Below, piece after piece: positions 30,557 to 40,476 of a stretch of 55,087 bases of DNA (within the stretch, counting starts at the first letter, position 1; the number at the start of each line of letters is the position of its first letter). Source of the DNA: an uncultured Candidatus Actinomarina sp. (lineage in GTDB: Bacteria > Actinomycetota > Acidimicrobiia > Actinomarinales > Actinomarinaceae); assembly GCA_902576605.1 (NCBI GenBank), contig CACGVI010000005.1, forward strand, positions 1 through 55,087. The letters run 5' to 3'. The notes below the pieces were generated by a model that saw only the letters and a program-made list of their open reading frames with translations, was not told the DNA's origin and did no database searches. Both the position numbers and the translations under genes were made by a program.

Positions 30557-31923
30557 TAAATTAATTTTTCTATATTTAAAAGCTCATCAATTTCTTCACT
30601 TGAAATCAAGTTTTTCTCAATTAAAACTTCTTTAATAGTTTTGTTTTGTGACATTGCTTCTTTTGCAACTTCAGCAGATTTGTCATAACCAATTACAGGC
30701 ACTAAAGCGGTGACTAATATTGAATTTTTTTGAATATTTTCATCAAGCTTTTCTGTATTTGCTTCTAAATGATTAATTAATTTTTTTTCAAATACATCGG
30801 TACTAGTAGTCAAAAGCTCAATACTTTCAAGTAGATTGTGTGCCATAACAGGTAACATTGTATTCAATTCAAAGTTCCCATTTGATGAAGAAAAGGTAAT
30901 TGTATTGTCATTTCCTATTACTTGTGCAGAAACTTGCATAACCATTTCAGGTATTACAGGATTAACTTTGCCAGGCATTATTGAAGAGCCGGGCTGTAAT
31001 GCAGGAATAATTAACTCATTTAGTCCAGAGATAGGTCCACTACCCATCCACCTAATATCATTTGCTATTTTAAACATAGATACAGCAAATGCTTTTAAGG
31101 ATCCTGACAAATGAACAACTTCTTCTCTAGACCCTTGACGAGTAAAATGGTTTTCTACTTCAACAAAATTAATACCTAATGATTTTGAAATCTCTTTTGC
31201 TACATCTTTACCAAAGTTGTCTGGTGCATTGATTCCTGTACCAACTGCTGTACCACCAATAGCTAATTTACTTGTATTTATAAGTGATAATTTAATATCT
31301 TCTAGTCTCTCTGATAAAATTGCTGAATATCCGCTAAATTCTTGTCCAAGGGAAACAGGCGTTGCATCCATTAAATGGGTGCGTCCATTTTTGTAAACTT
31401 TTTCCCATTTTTTGGCTTTATCTTCGAGAGACTGAATTAAACTTTCAACTGCTGGAATCAAATTTTGAACAATTTCTGTTACAGCAGCGACATTAGTGGC
31501 TGTTGGAATTACATCATTCGATGACTGACTCATGTTTACATGGTCATTTGGATGAATATTTTCACTTAAACTTTCTGACGCAATTTTTGAAATTATTTCA
31601 TTAGCATTCATGTTTGTTGAGGTGCCTGATCCAGTTTGAAATATATCCACAACAAAATCTTTATCATGATCACCGTCAATTACCTGTTGCGCTGCATCAA
31701 TAATTGAATCTGCAAAATTTTTATCTAATAATTTATTATTTTGATTTACTTTTGCACAAGCTTTTTTGATCTCACCTAAAGCTTTAATAAACGATCTAGA
31801 AAATCTAAGATTTGAAATTGGAAAATTGTCAACTGCTCTTGCAGTAGAGGCTCCATATTTAGCATCAATTGGAACTTGAAACTCTCCCATTGAGTCTTTT
31901 TCAGTTCTAAATTGTTCTGTCAT
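30556..31923 (-). CDS. fumC: Class II fumarate hydratase
   Basis: FQTGSGTSTNMNANE, GRTHLMDATP, GSSIMPGKVNP. Confidence 0.95.
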   Translation of the reverse strand: MTEQFRTEKDSMGEFQVPIDAKYGASTARAVDNFPISNLRFSRSFIKALGEIKKACAKVNQNNKLLDKNFADSIIDAAQQVIDGDHDKDFVVDIFQTGSGTSTNMNANEIISKIASESLSENIHPNDHVNMSQSSNDVIPTATNVAAVTEIVQNLIPAVESLIQSLEDKAKKWEKVYKNGRTHLMDATPVSLGQEFSGYSAILSERLEDIKLSLINTSKLAIGGTAVGTGINAPDNFGKDVAKEISKSLGINFVEVENHFTRQGSREEVVHLSGSLKAFAVSMFKIANDIRWMGSGPISGLNELIIPALQPGSSIMPGKVNPVIPEMVMQVSAQVIGNDNTITFSSSNGNFELNTMLPVMAHNLLESIELLTTSTDVFEKKLINHLEANTEKLDENIQKNSILVTALVPVIGYDKSAEVAKEAMSQNKTIKEVLIEKNLISSEEIDELLNIEKLI

Positions 31924-31932
31924 TTACTGTTC

Positions 31933-32622
31933 CTAGTATTGAGTGTATCCACCAGAATCGACTTCTTCAATAAGTTCTTTAGTTCCTGTTTTTGCAATTT
32001 CACCATTTACTACAATATGCACCTTGTCTACATCTAAGTAGTTTAAAATCCTACTGTAGTGAGTAACAATAAGGTATGCCGTGGTGTTATTTCTATTTTC
32101 ATTAATCAGCTCGGCAACAGATTTTATAGCATCAATATCTAGTCCTGAATCTATTTCATCTAGTAATGCTACTTTTGGATTTTTAAGTGTTAATTGAAAA
32201 AGCTCACACCTCTTTTTTTCACCGCCGGATAAATCTACATTTACTTCACGATCAAGAAATTCTTTTAATTTAAAATTCTCAGCAAGGCTAGTAATTTCAT
32301 CATCAGATAAGTCTGGATTTATAATTTTAGAAAATTCGAGAAGCGTTACTCCAGGTAGTCCAACGGGGTATTGAAAAGACTGAAAAACTCCCATTTCTGA
32401 TCTTTCGTTTTGTTGTTTTTTACTTATTTCTTTTTCATCAATAAAAATTGAACCTTCACTTTTATAATCTTTATTACCCATTACAACATGGCATAGTGTT
32501 GATTTTCCTGAACCATTGGGACCCATTACCGCATGGAGTTCACCAGGCTTAATTTCTAAATCAACTCCCTTAAGGATTTCTACTTCACCTATTGATGCCT
32601 TTAAGTTTTCAATCTTGAGCAT
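31933..32622 (-). CDS. sufC: Fe-S cluster assembly ATPase SufC (copy 2)
   Basis: HAVMGPNGSGKST, FQYP, LSGGEKKR, LDEIDSGLD; in an operon with sufB and sufD. Confidence 0.92.
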   Translation of the reverse strand: MLKIENLKASIGEVEILKGVDLEIKPGELHAVMGPNGSGKSTLCHVVMGNKDYKSEGSIFIDEKEISKKQQNERSEMGVFQSFQYPVGLPGVTLLEFSKIINPDLSDDEITSLAENFKLKEFLDREVNVDLSGGEKKRCELFQLTLKNPKVALLDEIDSGLDIDAIKSVAELINENRNNTTAYLIVTHYSRILNYLDVDKVHIVVNGEIAKTGTKELIEEVDSGGYTQY

Positions 32623-32932
32623 CAGTAACCATTTCTACATATATATAACCATCAATTATTTCAGTTTCATAGGTATTAACACTCTTTGTTGCAGGTAATG
32701 TAACTGCTTCACCAGTTTTTAAATCAAACTCAGCACCGTGAAGAGGGCATTCAACTTTGCAATCATATACTTCCCCTTCAGATAAACTGGCTTCAGCATG
32801 AGAACACATATCATCAATGGCAAAATATTTCCCTTCACAATTAAATAAAGCAATCTGCTGAGTATCAGTTTCAAATAAAGCCGATGAGTTTTCAGCAATA
32901 TCTGCACATTTTATTGTTTTTAATTTTTTCAT
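32609..32932 (-). CDS. Rieske [2Fe-2S] ferredoxin
   Basis: CSH...CPLH Rieske ligands. Confidence 0.92.
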   Translation of the reverse strand: MKKLKTIKCADIAENSSALFETDTQQIALFNCEGKYFAIDDMCSHAEASLSEGEVYDCKVECPLHGAEFDLKTGEAVTLPATKSVNTYETEIIDGYIYVEMVTDAQD

Positions 32933-34090
32933 TTAGTTACTTTCAATTATGTTCATATATTTTTTTTCAATAATTTTAGAAACTTTATCATGAATAACTT
33001 CCCACTCAGAATTATTTATTACTTCATTAAAAAAGCCTTTGATAAGTAATTTATCTGCATCAACTTTTTCAACACCTCTAGCCATAACATAGTGATAAAC
33101 ATTTTCTTCAATTGGACCTACTGAAGAACCGTGACTGCAGATTACATCATCACACAATATTTCTAGATTGGGTACAGATTGAGCGGTAGCTTCTTCGCTG
33201 AGTAGTATATTTCTGTTTTCTTGATGAGATTCTGTTTTTTCTGCTCCCTCAGCTATGTGTATTGTACCAGTAAATATTGAACTACTTTCATCACCTAATA
33301 CACCTTTTGTAATCATATTTGATGATGTATTTTTTCCCAGGTGATTTACAAATACTCTGTTGTCATGAATTTGCTTTTCTTCACCAAAATAAATTCCATC
33401 TAAACTAAATTCTGAGCCATTGCCTAAAAGATCTATATCCATTCTTGAACGAGAAAATCCTGCACCTGTGCTTATATTGTGAATAGTTAAATTAGAGTCT
33501 CTTTCAAGCTGGGCATATATTGAATTTACAATATTGATTTCTTTTGTTGAAGTTACAGAAAGTATTATTTCTAAATTTGAATTATCGTTTAGGAAAATTT
33601 CAATAATTGGATAAATGTTTCCAATAACTAATTCATCAAAATTTAAATATAATTTTCCAGATTTGTTCTTTTCTACACTAATTCCGATGTAAGGAATAGC
33701 GTTATCGTCTGATTGGAAATTTACAGTAAAATATTGTTCGCTATCTCCTTTTATATTTAGTTGAAAACCACCCGTTACTTTTTCAAATTGTTCAATATTA
33801 AATTTATCAAACGGTCTTTTAATTGACTCTTTGATTAGCGGTTTTTTGATTTCATTGATGTCTGTAATTTCAATATGATTATGTTCTGAATTTATTTCAT
33901 AAGTAAAACAATTTGAATCAATATCAAAGGTTTTAGAATCCTTTATATCAGTAGCTTTTCCAATTTCAATGTCATTAAGTTCGAATAATTTTTTTCCGAG
34001 ATACTTCCAGTCCTCATCTTTAGCAGTAATGTTTTCGAAATCTTTTGATGAAAGTGACTTTAATTTTTTTTCAAATAATTTAGTGTTCAA
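32933..34090 (-). CDS. sufD: Fe-S cluster assembly protein SufD
   Basis: QENRNILLS, PNLEILCDDVICSHGSSVG, YVMARG; follows sufB. Confidence 0.9.
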   Translation of the reverse strand: MNTKLFEKKLKSLSSKDFENITAKDEDWKYLGKKLFELNDIEIGKATDIKDSKTFDIDSNCFTYEINSEHNHIEITDINEIKKPLIKESIKRPFDKFNIEQFEKVTGGFQLNIKGDSEQYFTVNFQSDDNAIPYIGISVEKNKSGKLYLNFDELVIGNIYPIIEIFLNDNSNLEIILSVTSTKEINIVNSIYAQLERDSNLTIHNISTGAGFSRSRMDIDLLGNGSEFSLDGIYFGEEKQIHDNRVFVNHLGKNTSSNMITKGVLGDESSSIFTGTIHIAEGAEKTESHQENRNILLSEEATAQSVPNLEILCDDVICSHGSSVGPIEENVYHYVMARGVEKVDADKLLIKGFFNEVINNSEWEVIHDKVSKIIEKKYMNIIESN

Positions 34091-34104
34091 TTTTTACCTA
34101 TTCA

Positions 34105-35514
34105 TTAACCAACAGCGCCAGCTTCAATCATGTTTAGTTCAATCAGTTGATTAAATTCCATGGCATACTCCATTGGTAACGTTTTAGTAAATTCTTCTAC
34201 AAACCCTGCGACGATCATAGAAGTTGCTTCAGATTCAGAAAGGCCTCTGCTCATAAGATAAAACAGTTGATCTTCTCCTACTTTTGAAACTGTTGCCTCG
34301 TGACCTATGACTGCTGACGCTTCTTCGATTTCCATATAAGGATAGGTATCTGATCTTGATTCATCATCAAGAATCAAAGCATCACATCTTACAAAACTTT
34401 TTGCTGTTTCTGAACCATCTTCAACTCTGACTAATCCTCTGTAAGCACCTCTTCCACCACCTTTGGAAACCGATTTTGATGTAATCAAAGAGGTTGTATC
34501 TGGAGCAAGATGAACCATTTTCGCTCCTGTATCTTGATGTTGGCCAGAATTTGCAAAAGCTACAGATAAGACTTCACCATGCGCACCTGGTTCCATTAAA
34601 TAAACAGAAGGATATTTGACCGTTAAACCTGAACCAAGATTTGCATCAATCCATTCCATTGTTGCATTTCCATAAGCCTGCGCTCTTTTTGTGACCAAGT
34701 TATAAACATCATTTGACCAGTTTTGAATTGTTGTGTATCTACATGTCCCAGATGCTTTCACAACTATTTCTACAACCGCGGAATGTAAAGCATCCGTTGT
34801 ATAAACAGGTGCTGAACAACCTTCAATATAATGTACAGAAGCGCCTTCATCGACAAGAATTAATGTTCTCTCAAATTGACCCATATTTTCTGCATTAATT
34901 CTAAAATATGCCTGCAAAGGATCTTCCACATGTACACCTTTTGGAACATAAATGAATGATCCACCTGACCAAACGGCTGAATTTAGTGCAGCAAATTTAT
35001 TGTCACCTGGAGGTATTACCGTTCCAAAATATTCTTTAACTAATTCCGGATACTCTCTGACTGCTGTATCCATATCGCAAAATAATACACCTAATTTTTC
35101 TAAATCTTCTCTATTTTTGTGATAAACAACTTCGCTCTCATATTGTGCCGTAACTCCAGCAAGATATGTTCTTTCAGCCTCAGGAATACCAAGTTTTTCA
35201 TAAGTTTGTTTTATTTCTTCTGGTACTTCATCCCATGAGTCTGCTTGATTTTCAGTAGGTTTTATGTAGTAATAAATATCATCAAAATCTAATTGACTTA
35301 ATTTTTCCTTTGCAACCCACTCAGGCATAGGTTTGTCAAGAAATCTTTTGTATGCTTTAAGTCTGAAATCTAGCATCCATTCAGGTTCTTCCTTAATTTC
35401 AGACATCTTACGAATAATGTCTTCACTTAAACCTTTTTCAGGTTTGAATACATTTTTTTCAGGATCAGACCACCCAAGCGAATACTTACCTAAATCTATA
35501 TCAACGTTTGCCAT
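34105..35514 (-). CDS. sufB: Fe-S cluster assembly protein SufB
   Basis: [45 protein letters not shown]. Confidence 0.97.
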   Translation of the reverse strand: MANVDIDLGKYSLGWSDPEKNVFKPEKGLSEDIIRKMSEIKEEPEWMLDFRLKAYKRFLDKPMPEWVAKEKLSQLDFDDIYYYIKPTENQADSWDEVPEEIKQTYEKLGIPEAERTYLAGVTAQYESEVVYHKNREDLEKLGVLFCDMDTAVREYPELVKEYFGTVIPPGDNKFAALNSAVWSGGSFIYVPKGVHVEDPLQAYFRINAENMGQFERTLILVDEGASVHYIEGCSAPVYTTDALHSAVVEIVVKASGTCRYTTIQNWSNDVYNLVTKRAQAYGNATMEWIDANLGSGLTVKYPSVYLMEPGAHGEVLSVAFANSGQHQDTGAKMVHLAPDTTSLITSKSVSKGGGRGAYRGLVRVEDGSETAKSFVRCDALILDDESRSDTYPYMEIEEASAVIGHEATVSKVGEDQLFYLMSRGLSESEATSMIVAGFVEEFTKTLPMEYAMEFNQLIELNMIEAGAVG

Positions 35515-35595
35515 ACTTTTATATTAATAATGTGCTGATTCAATCATAAAAAGTATTGATTTAATTTATTTTCTTAATTAGTTATTATTTTTTAT

Positions 35596-36030
35596 ATGCC
35601 TGCAATTTTTATAAATCCAAATACTGAAGAACACATAAATTTATTGAATCGCCTAAAAGAACAGAATCAAGATTTAAGAGTTTTTATATCAGACAAAATT
35701 GAAAAAGAGTTTATAGAAAAATTACCTGGAAAAAAAGCAATAGGCGACATTTACGATGATTCACACATATATACAGCTTCTGAAGGAGCATTTTGTGGAA
35801 TATTTTATGAAGGATCTGAAAATTCTTTAAGAGAAGTGTTTATAAAGTCAATTAAACAGTCATCATTAAAAAGAATTTTATGGATATCTAATCAGAAAGA
35901 ATCGGATGCAATCACAGAATTAGATAATTTAACTTATATTTTTTGTAACAATGATTCAAATTATGAAGATACTGTTTTGAAATTAGAAGAAATTGATGAA
36001 GTAAGTGATAAATTTATCGACTTATCTTAA
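35596..36030 (+). CDS. Hypothetical protein (possibly a degenerate Rossmann/NAD(P)-binding-like fold)
   Basis: 144-aa ORF; DLRVF...KKAIGDIYDDSHI..ASEGA pattern resembles short NAD(P)-binding proteins but lacks GxxGxxG. Confidence 0.6.
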   Translation: MPAIFINPNTEEHINLLNRLKEQNQDLRVFISDKIEKEFIEKLPGKKAIGDIYDDSHIYTASEGAFCGIFYEGSENSLREVFIKSIKQSSLKRILWISNQKESDAITELDNLTYIFCNNDSNYEDTVLKLEEIDEVSDKFIDLS

Positions 36031-36078
36031 AAAACTTTGAACTTAGATTACTAGATTGTAAAGTTGTAAAATTCTCTT

Positions 36079-36918
36079 ATGAAGAAAAATTCATTTTTTA
36101 AATCTGGTTCCGGAGCTCGAAAAGCATTTGTTTCTAACTTCCAAGATAAAACAGAATTAAAAGAGGTCACAGACTCAAACAATAAGTCAAAAATAATAGA
36201 TAAAATTTTTCACAAAAGCTCTGAAAATATGGAGGAACTTGAAAATAATTCTGTTAGCCTCACAGTCACATCCCCGCCTTACAACATTGGTAAAGACAGC
36301 GACCTAGATTTAACTGATGATGAGTACTGGTCAATGATGGAAAATATTTTTAAAGAAACATATAGAGTCACTGAATCCGGGGGGAGACTTGTTGTAAATG
36401 TTGCTAATTTAGGTAGGAAACCATATATTCCTTTTTCAAAATACTTCACAGAGCTTTTAATTGAGACTGGTTTTATTATGCGTGGTGAAATCATATGGCA
36501 AAAGTCCAAAGGAGCTAATGCTAATTTTGCCTGGGGTAGCTGGCTATCGGCATCCAACCCAGTTATTAGAGATATTCACGAGTATTGTTTAGTATTTTCA
36601 AAAGATTCACTTAAAAAATCTACTCAAGGTGAATCTTCTCTTGAAAAAGAAGAGTTTATGGAATCTACACTTTCTATATGGAATATAAATCCAGCAAGAG
36701 CAAAGAAAATAGGCCATCCCGCTCCATTTCCAATAGAACTTCCACAAAAATTTATAAATCTATACACATACAAAAATGATTTAATTCTTGATCCTTTCCT
36801 AGGAAGTGGAACAACAGCTATAGCAGCAAAATTATTGGAGCGAAATTTTGTTGGTTATGAAATTGAAGAAGAGTACATCGAAATAGCTAAGAATAGATTA
36901 AAAAAAGAAGTTAATTAA
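36079..36918 (+). CDS. Orphan N4/N6 DNA methyltransferase (beta class)
   Basis: Catalytic VTSPPYN precedes SAM-binding DPFLGSGTT; HPAPFP; no restriction gene adjacent. Confidence 0.9.
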   Translation: MKKNSFFKSGSGARKAFVSNFQDKTELKEVTDSNNKSKIIDKIFHKSSENMEELENNSVSLTVTSPPYNIGKDSDLDLTDDEYWSMMENIFKETYRVTESGGRLVVNVANLGRKPYIPFSKYFTELLIETGFIMRGEIIWQKSKGANANFAWGSWLSASNPVIRDIHEYCLVFSKDSLKKSTQGESSLEKEEFMESTLSIWNINPARAKKIGHPAPFPIELPQKFINLYTYKNDLILDPFLGSGTTAIAAKLLERNFVGYEIEEEYIEIAKNRLKKEVN

Positions 36919-38632
36919 CTAAATTCCAAGCTGAAAATAATTGTTGATAAATTTCGTTATTTGAAAGTAAAGTTTCATGATTATCAAAACCAACTAATTT
37001 GCCGTCACTCATAACAAGTATCTTTTCTGCATTTAAAATAGTTTCCAATCTATGAGCAATAACAACAGATGTTTGATAATCAAGCAATTTATCAGTTGCG
37101 TCAAGAATGGAGCTTTCAGATTCAATATCTAAGTTAGCTGTAGCCTCATCGAATACAATAATTTGTCTTTTAGCAAGCACTGCTCTGAGTAAAGCAATAA
37201 ACTGCCTCTCTCCTGCTGAAACATTTGCTCCTCTTTCTCCTACATCTTGCTCTAACCCGTCTTCATATCTTTCAAACCAATCGATCAAACCAATATTTTC
37301 TAGTTCACTTTTTAAATCTATTTTTTCAGGATTAGAATAAATTAAATTATCTTGAATCGAACCTCTGAATAAAAAGCTTTCCTGAGGAACATATGCAATA
37401 TTTTCCCTTGCCCATTTTTGTGATATATCTTTTGAAGATTCACCATAAAATTTTACATCCCCTTTAATAGGGAGATAAAATCTTAAAATTAATTTTGCAA
37501 TAGTGCTTTTTCCAGCTCCGGTTTCTCCAACAATAGCGATTTTTTCTCCTCTATCGATTGAAAAAGAAACATCATGAAGTACAGTTTCTCTACCGTATGA
37601 AAATTCAACATTTTCGAATTTTATGACATTATTTGAGTCTGCTTCTGGAGAATTAGTTCCTGTTTTACTTAATACAGGTTCTTCATCTAAAATTGAAAAA
37701 ACTTTCTTCATTGAAGAGCCTGCAGACCTTAAAACATCATAGTTAAAAGAAAGTTGAATTAGAGGATCAAAAAAATAATTAAGATAAAACAATAATGCAA
37801 CTAGTTCACCAACTGTGAGTGTGCCTTGCTCTATTCTTGCAGCTGCAAACCAAATAACAACTGCAATTGAGGTCACTCTTGTAATCTCCAAAAAAGGAAA
37901 GTATATTGCAATATTTTTTGCCGACTGCATATTTGCTTTTAGGTGTTCATTATTAACTTCTTTAAATCTTTTTAATTGCTTTGATTCATCTGCGTAAGCT
38001 TGAATGATTCTTACTCCTGAAATTCCCTCCTGTAGAGATGATAAGACTTGTCCTATCCATTCCCTCACTGACCAGTATGTTTTATCCGCGTGTTTTCTAA
38101 ATATTCTGGTTGCAATTCCAAGTAACGGAAGAATCAGAAATGATAATAATGAAAGCTGGACGTCTACCAAAAATACGGCAATGGTAGCACCAAATATGGT
38201 AAGTAAAGAAGTCAAAATACTACTAGCTCCTTCTCTTGCAAATTCATTCAAGCTTTGCATGTCAGAAGTCATTCTTGCTACTAGCACTCCTGTTTTATTT
38301 TTTTCAAAATAATTTATATCTAAAGATGACATATGTCTAAATAATTTTTCTCTTATGCTTTTCACATAAGACTCACCAACAAGACCAATAGAAAGAAGTG
38401 CTTTACTTGTCACAAAATATAATACAACAAGTGTTGAGAAATAAAATAAGCACTGAATAAGTAAGTACTCATAGTCATACTGCATTACACCATTGTCAAT
38501 TCCTCTAGATATTAATTGTGGACCAATCATTCGCACACCAGTTCCAAGCATTGCAATCATTGAAGCAAAGAGGAAAGGTCTATGAACTTCTGGTACTAAT
38601 TTGAATGATCTTAAGAAGGTGTTGTCTTTCAT
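36911..38632 (-). CDS. ABC exporter, TMD+NBD subunit
   Basis: TM domain then GETGAGKST, SAGERQ, VFDEATA, IAHRL. Confidence 0.93.
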   Translation of the reverse strand: MKDNTFLRSFKLVPEVHRPFLFASMIAMLGTGVRMIGPQLISRGIDNGVMQYDYEYLLIQCLFYFSTLVVLYFVTSKALLSIGLVGESYVKSIREKLFRHMSSLDINYFEKNKTGVLVARMTSDMQSLNEFAREGASSILTSLLTIFGATIAVFLVDVQLSLLSFLILPLLGIATRIFRKHADKTYWSVREWIGQVLSSLQEGISGVRIIQAYADESKQLKRFKEVNNEHLKANMQSAKNIAIYFPFLEITRVTSIAVVIWFAAARIEQGTLTVGELVALLFYLNYFFDPLIQLSFNYDVLRSAGSSMKKVFSILDEEPVLSKTGTNSPEADSNNVIKFENVEFSYGRETVLHDVSFSIDRGEKIAIVGETGAGKSTIAKLILRFYLPIKGDVKFYGESSKDISQKWARENIAYVPQESFLFRGSIQDNLIYSNPEKIDLKSELENIGLIDWFERYEDGLEQDVGERGANVSAGERQFIALLRAVLAKRQIIVFDEATANLDIESESSILDATDKLLDYQTSVVIAHRLETILNAEKILVMSDGKLVGFDNHETLLSNNEIYQQLFSAWNLVN

Positions 38633-38634
38633 AT

Positions 38635-40389
38635 CTATATTTCCGTAGTTTCATTCTCTAGAAATAAAGACTTGTATGTATCAACTGACTCTATAAGCTC
38701 CTGGTGTTTTCCTTGGGCTTTGACTTTGCCATTTTCGAGAAACACCACTTCATCACACAACTCTATAGTTGGGACTCTGTTTGTTATTATTAAAGTCGTC
38801 ATATTTGACATTACTTGATTTAATTCATTTCGAATCTCTTCTTCAGTACTTGCATCTACTGCTGAAAGGGCATCATCGAGAATAAGGACACGTGGCTTTC
38901 TTAAAATAGCTCGAGCTAGTGCGATCCTTTGTCTCTGACCCCCAGACAAACCATAGCCTCTTTCTCCTACCTTTGTTTCGTAAGATTCTGGAAGTTGTGA
39001 AATAAAATCATGCGCTCTAGCAATAAGTGCTGCGTCTTCTATCTCTTCTAGTGATGCATCCTCTAACCCAAGCGAAATATTTTCTCTTGCTGTATTAGAA
39101 AATAAAAAACTTTCTTCAAAGGCAAGGCTTACCTTACTTCTTAAATCACTCAATCTTAAATTCTTGATATCTACTCCATCAATTTCAATAGAGCCAGACT
39201 CAATTTCATACAATCTTGGAAGAAGATAAGCCAGTGTAGATTTTCCAGAACCTGTAGAACCTACTATTGCTACAGTCTTTTTTCCCTCAATTTCTAAAGT
39301 AAGATCATCAAAAATTTTCTCATTTCCATACTTAAAATTTACTTTTGAAAACTTTAATGAACCGTCTCCGTCTTCAGGTAGCTCATAAGGTAATTCATCA
39401 TCTGTAATTGTTGGTGTTTCGTTTAGTAACTCAAGAATTCTATTTCCAGCAGCAACACTTGATGGAATTTCGGATAGAAACCAAGCTGTAATTCTTAGAG
39501 GCCAAATTAACAAAAATACATATTGTGTAAAAGCAATAAATTCACCAAGAGAGAGAAAATTATTAATTGTTAAATACCCTCCTAAAAGCAACACTGCAAG
39601 TGTTATGACCATTGGTATAAGTTCAAATAAAGGAACAAATCTTGTTCTCAACTTAAGGTATCCGAGTGAAGTGTCATAAATTTTTTGGACCGCATCTTCT
39701 ACTCTGTTATTAGCTTGTTCTTCATTTCCAAATGCTTTTACAACCCTGATTCCTCCCAACTGTTCTTCAACTTCAGTTGTCATATTTGCTTCTGCCTCTT
39801 TTACTTTCAAAGAAACACCCATTGCTTTGGAGGAAAAGTTAGATGCTAACCACAAAACAGCTGGAATAGATAGCAGCACTATGCTTCCAAGTGGAAGGCT
39901 CAAGCTTAATAGTGTCACGCTTAAAATAAGAAGTAGAAATATATTAGCGGATGCAAGTGGAGCAATAGCAAAAGCTAGCCTTACTTGTGATGCGTCACTT
40001 GAGGCTCTTGCCATCAAATCACCTGTAGGTACCTGATCGTGATAATTAAATGCAAGCTTTTGCATATGTGTAAAAATTCGATTCCTAATTCCAGCTTCTA
40101 CATTATAGGAAACATCCATACTGAAGTATCTTCTTGTGCCAATTGAGATTGCTCTTGTATATCCTGCGATAACCATAAAGGAAATAAACACAATTAAAGC
40201 TCTTTGATTTTCAGCAACAATACCATCGTCAATAATTCTTTTGATTAGATATGGTTGAATAATTACTAAAAAACACCAAAGAAGAGCTGAACTGTTAGAA
40301 ATATAAAAGCTTTTTTTGTTTTCTTTTATACCTTCTATAAAAAAAGATATTGCTTTTTTAAATTCTGGTGTTTTAAAGACTTTAAACAT
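38635..40389 (-). CDS. ABC exporter, TMD+NBD subunit (degenerate-site partner)
   Basis: GSTGSGKST, LSGGQRQR, LDDALSAVD (D for the catalytic E), ITNR (N for the switch H). Start MFKV at 40389 (ORF track 40434). Confidence 0.92.
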   Translation of the reverse strand: MFKVFKTPEFKKAISFFIEGIKENKKSFYISNSSALLWCFLVIIQPYLIKRIIDDGIVAENQRALIVFISFMVIAGYTRAISIGTRRYFSMDVSYNVEAGIRNRIFTHMQKLAFNYHDQVPTGDLMARASSDASQVRLAFAIAPLASANIFLLLILSVTLLSLSLPLGSIVLLSIPAVLWLASNFSSKAMGVSLKVKEAEANMTTEVEEQLGGIRVVKAFGNEEQANNRVEDAVQKIYDTSLGYLKLRTRFVPLFELIPMVITLAVLLLGGYLTINNFLSLGEFIAFTQYVFLLIWPLRITAWFLSEIPSSVAAGNRILELLNETPTITDDELPYELPEDGDGSLKFSKVNFKYGNEKIFDDLTLEIEGKKTVAIVGSTGSGKSTLAYLLPRLYEIESGSIEIDGVDIKNLRLSDLRSKVSLAFEESFLFSNTARENISLGLEDASLEEIEDAALIARAHDFISQLPESYETKVGERGYGLSGGQRQRIALARAILRKPRVLILDDALSAVDASTEEEIRNELNQVMSNMTTLIITNRVPTIELCDEVVFLENGKVKAQGKHQELIESVDTYKSLFLENETTEI

Positions 40390-40439
40390 GCTTAACCATA
40401 ATAATTGGGTAAAAAATTTAAAATAATGGACCAAATACT

Positions 40440-40457
40440 TTGTGCATTATTTCACAA
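40440..40457. promoter_or_regulatory. Rex/CRP-type operator TTGTGCA-TTAT-TTCACAA
   Basis: One mismatch to the Rex consensus TTGTGAA-N4-TTCACAA; just upstream of the TATCGT -10 (40464-40469) of the menA fusion gene. Confidence 0.6.
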
Positions 40458-40476
40458 GCGTATTATCGTAATCGAT

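Noticed and set aside
38635-40389. Inactive ABC pseudogene because of Walker B D and switch N
   Set aside because: A degenerate site is normal in heterodimeric exporters, and the partner keeps the consensus E and H.
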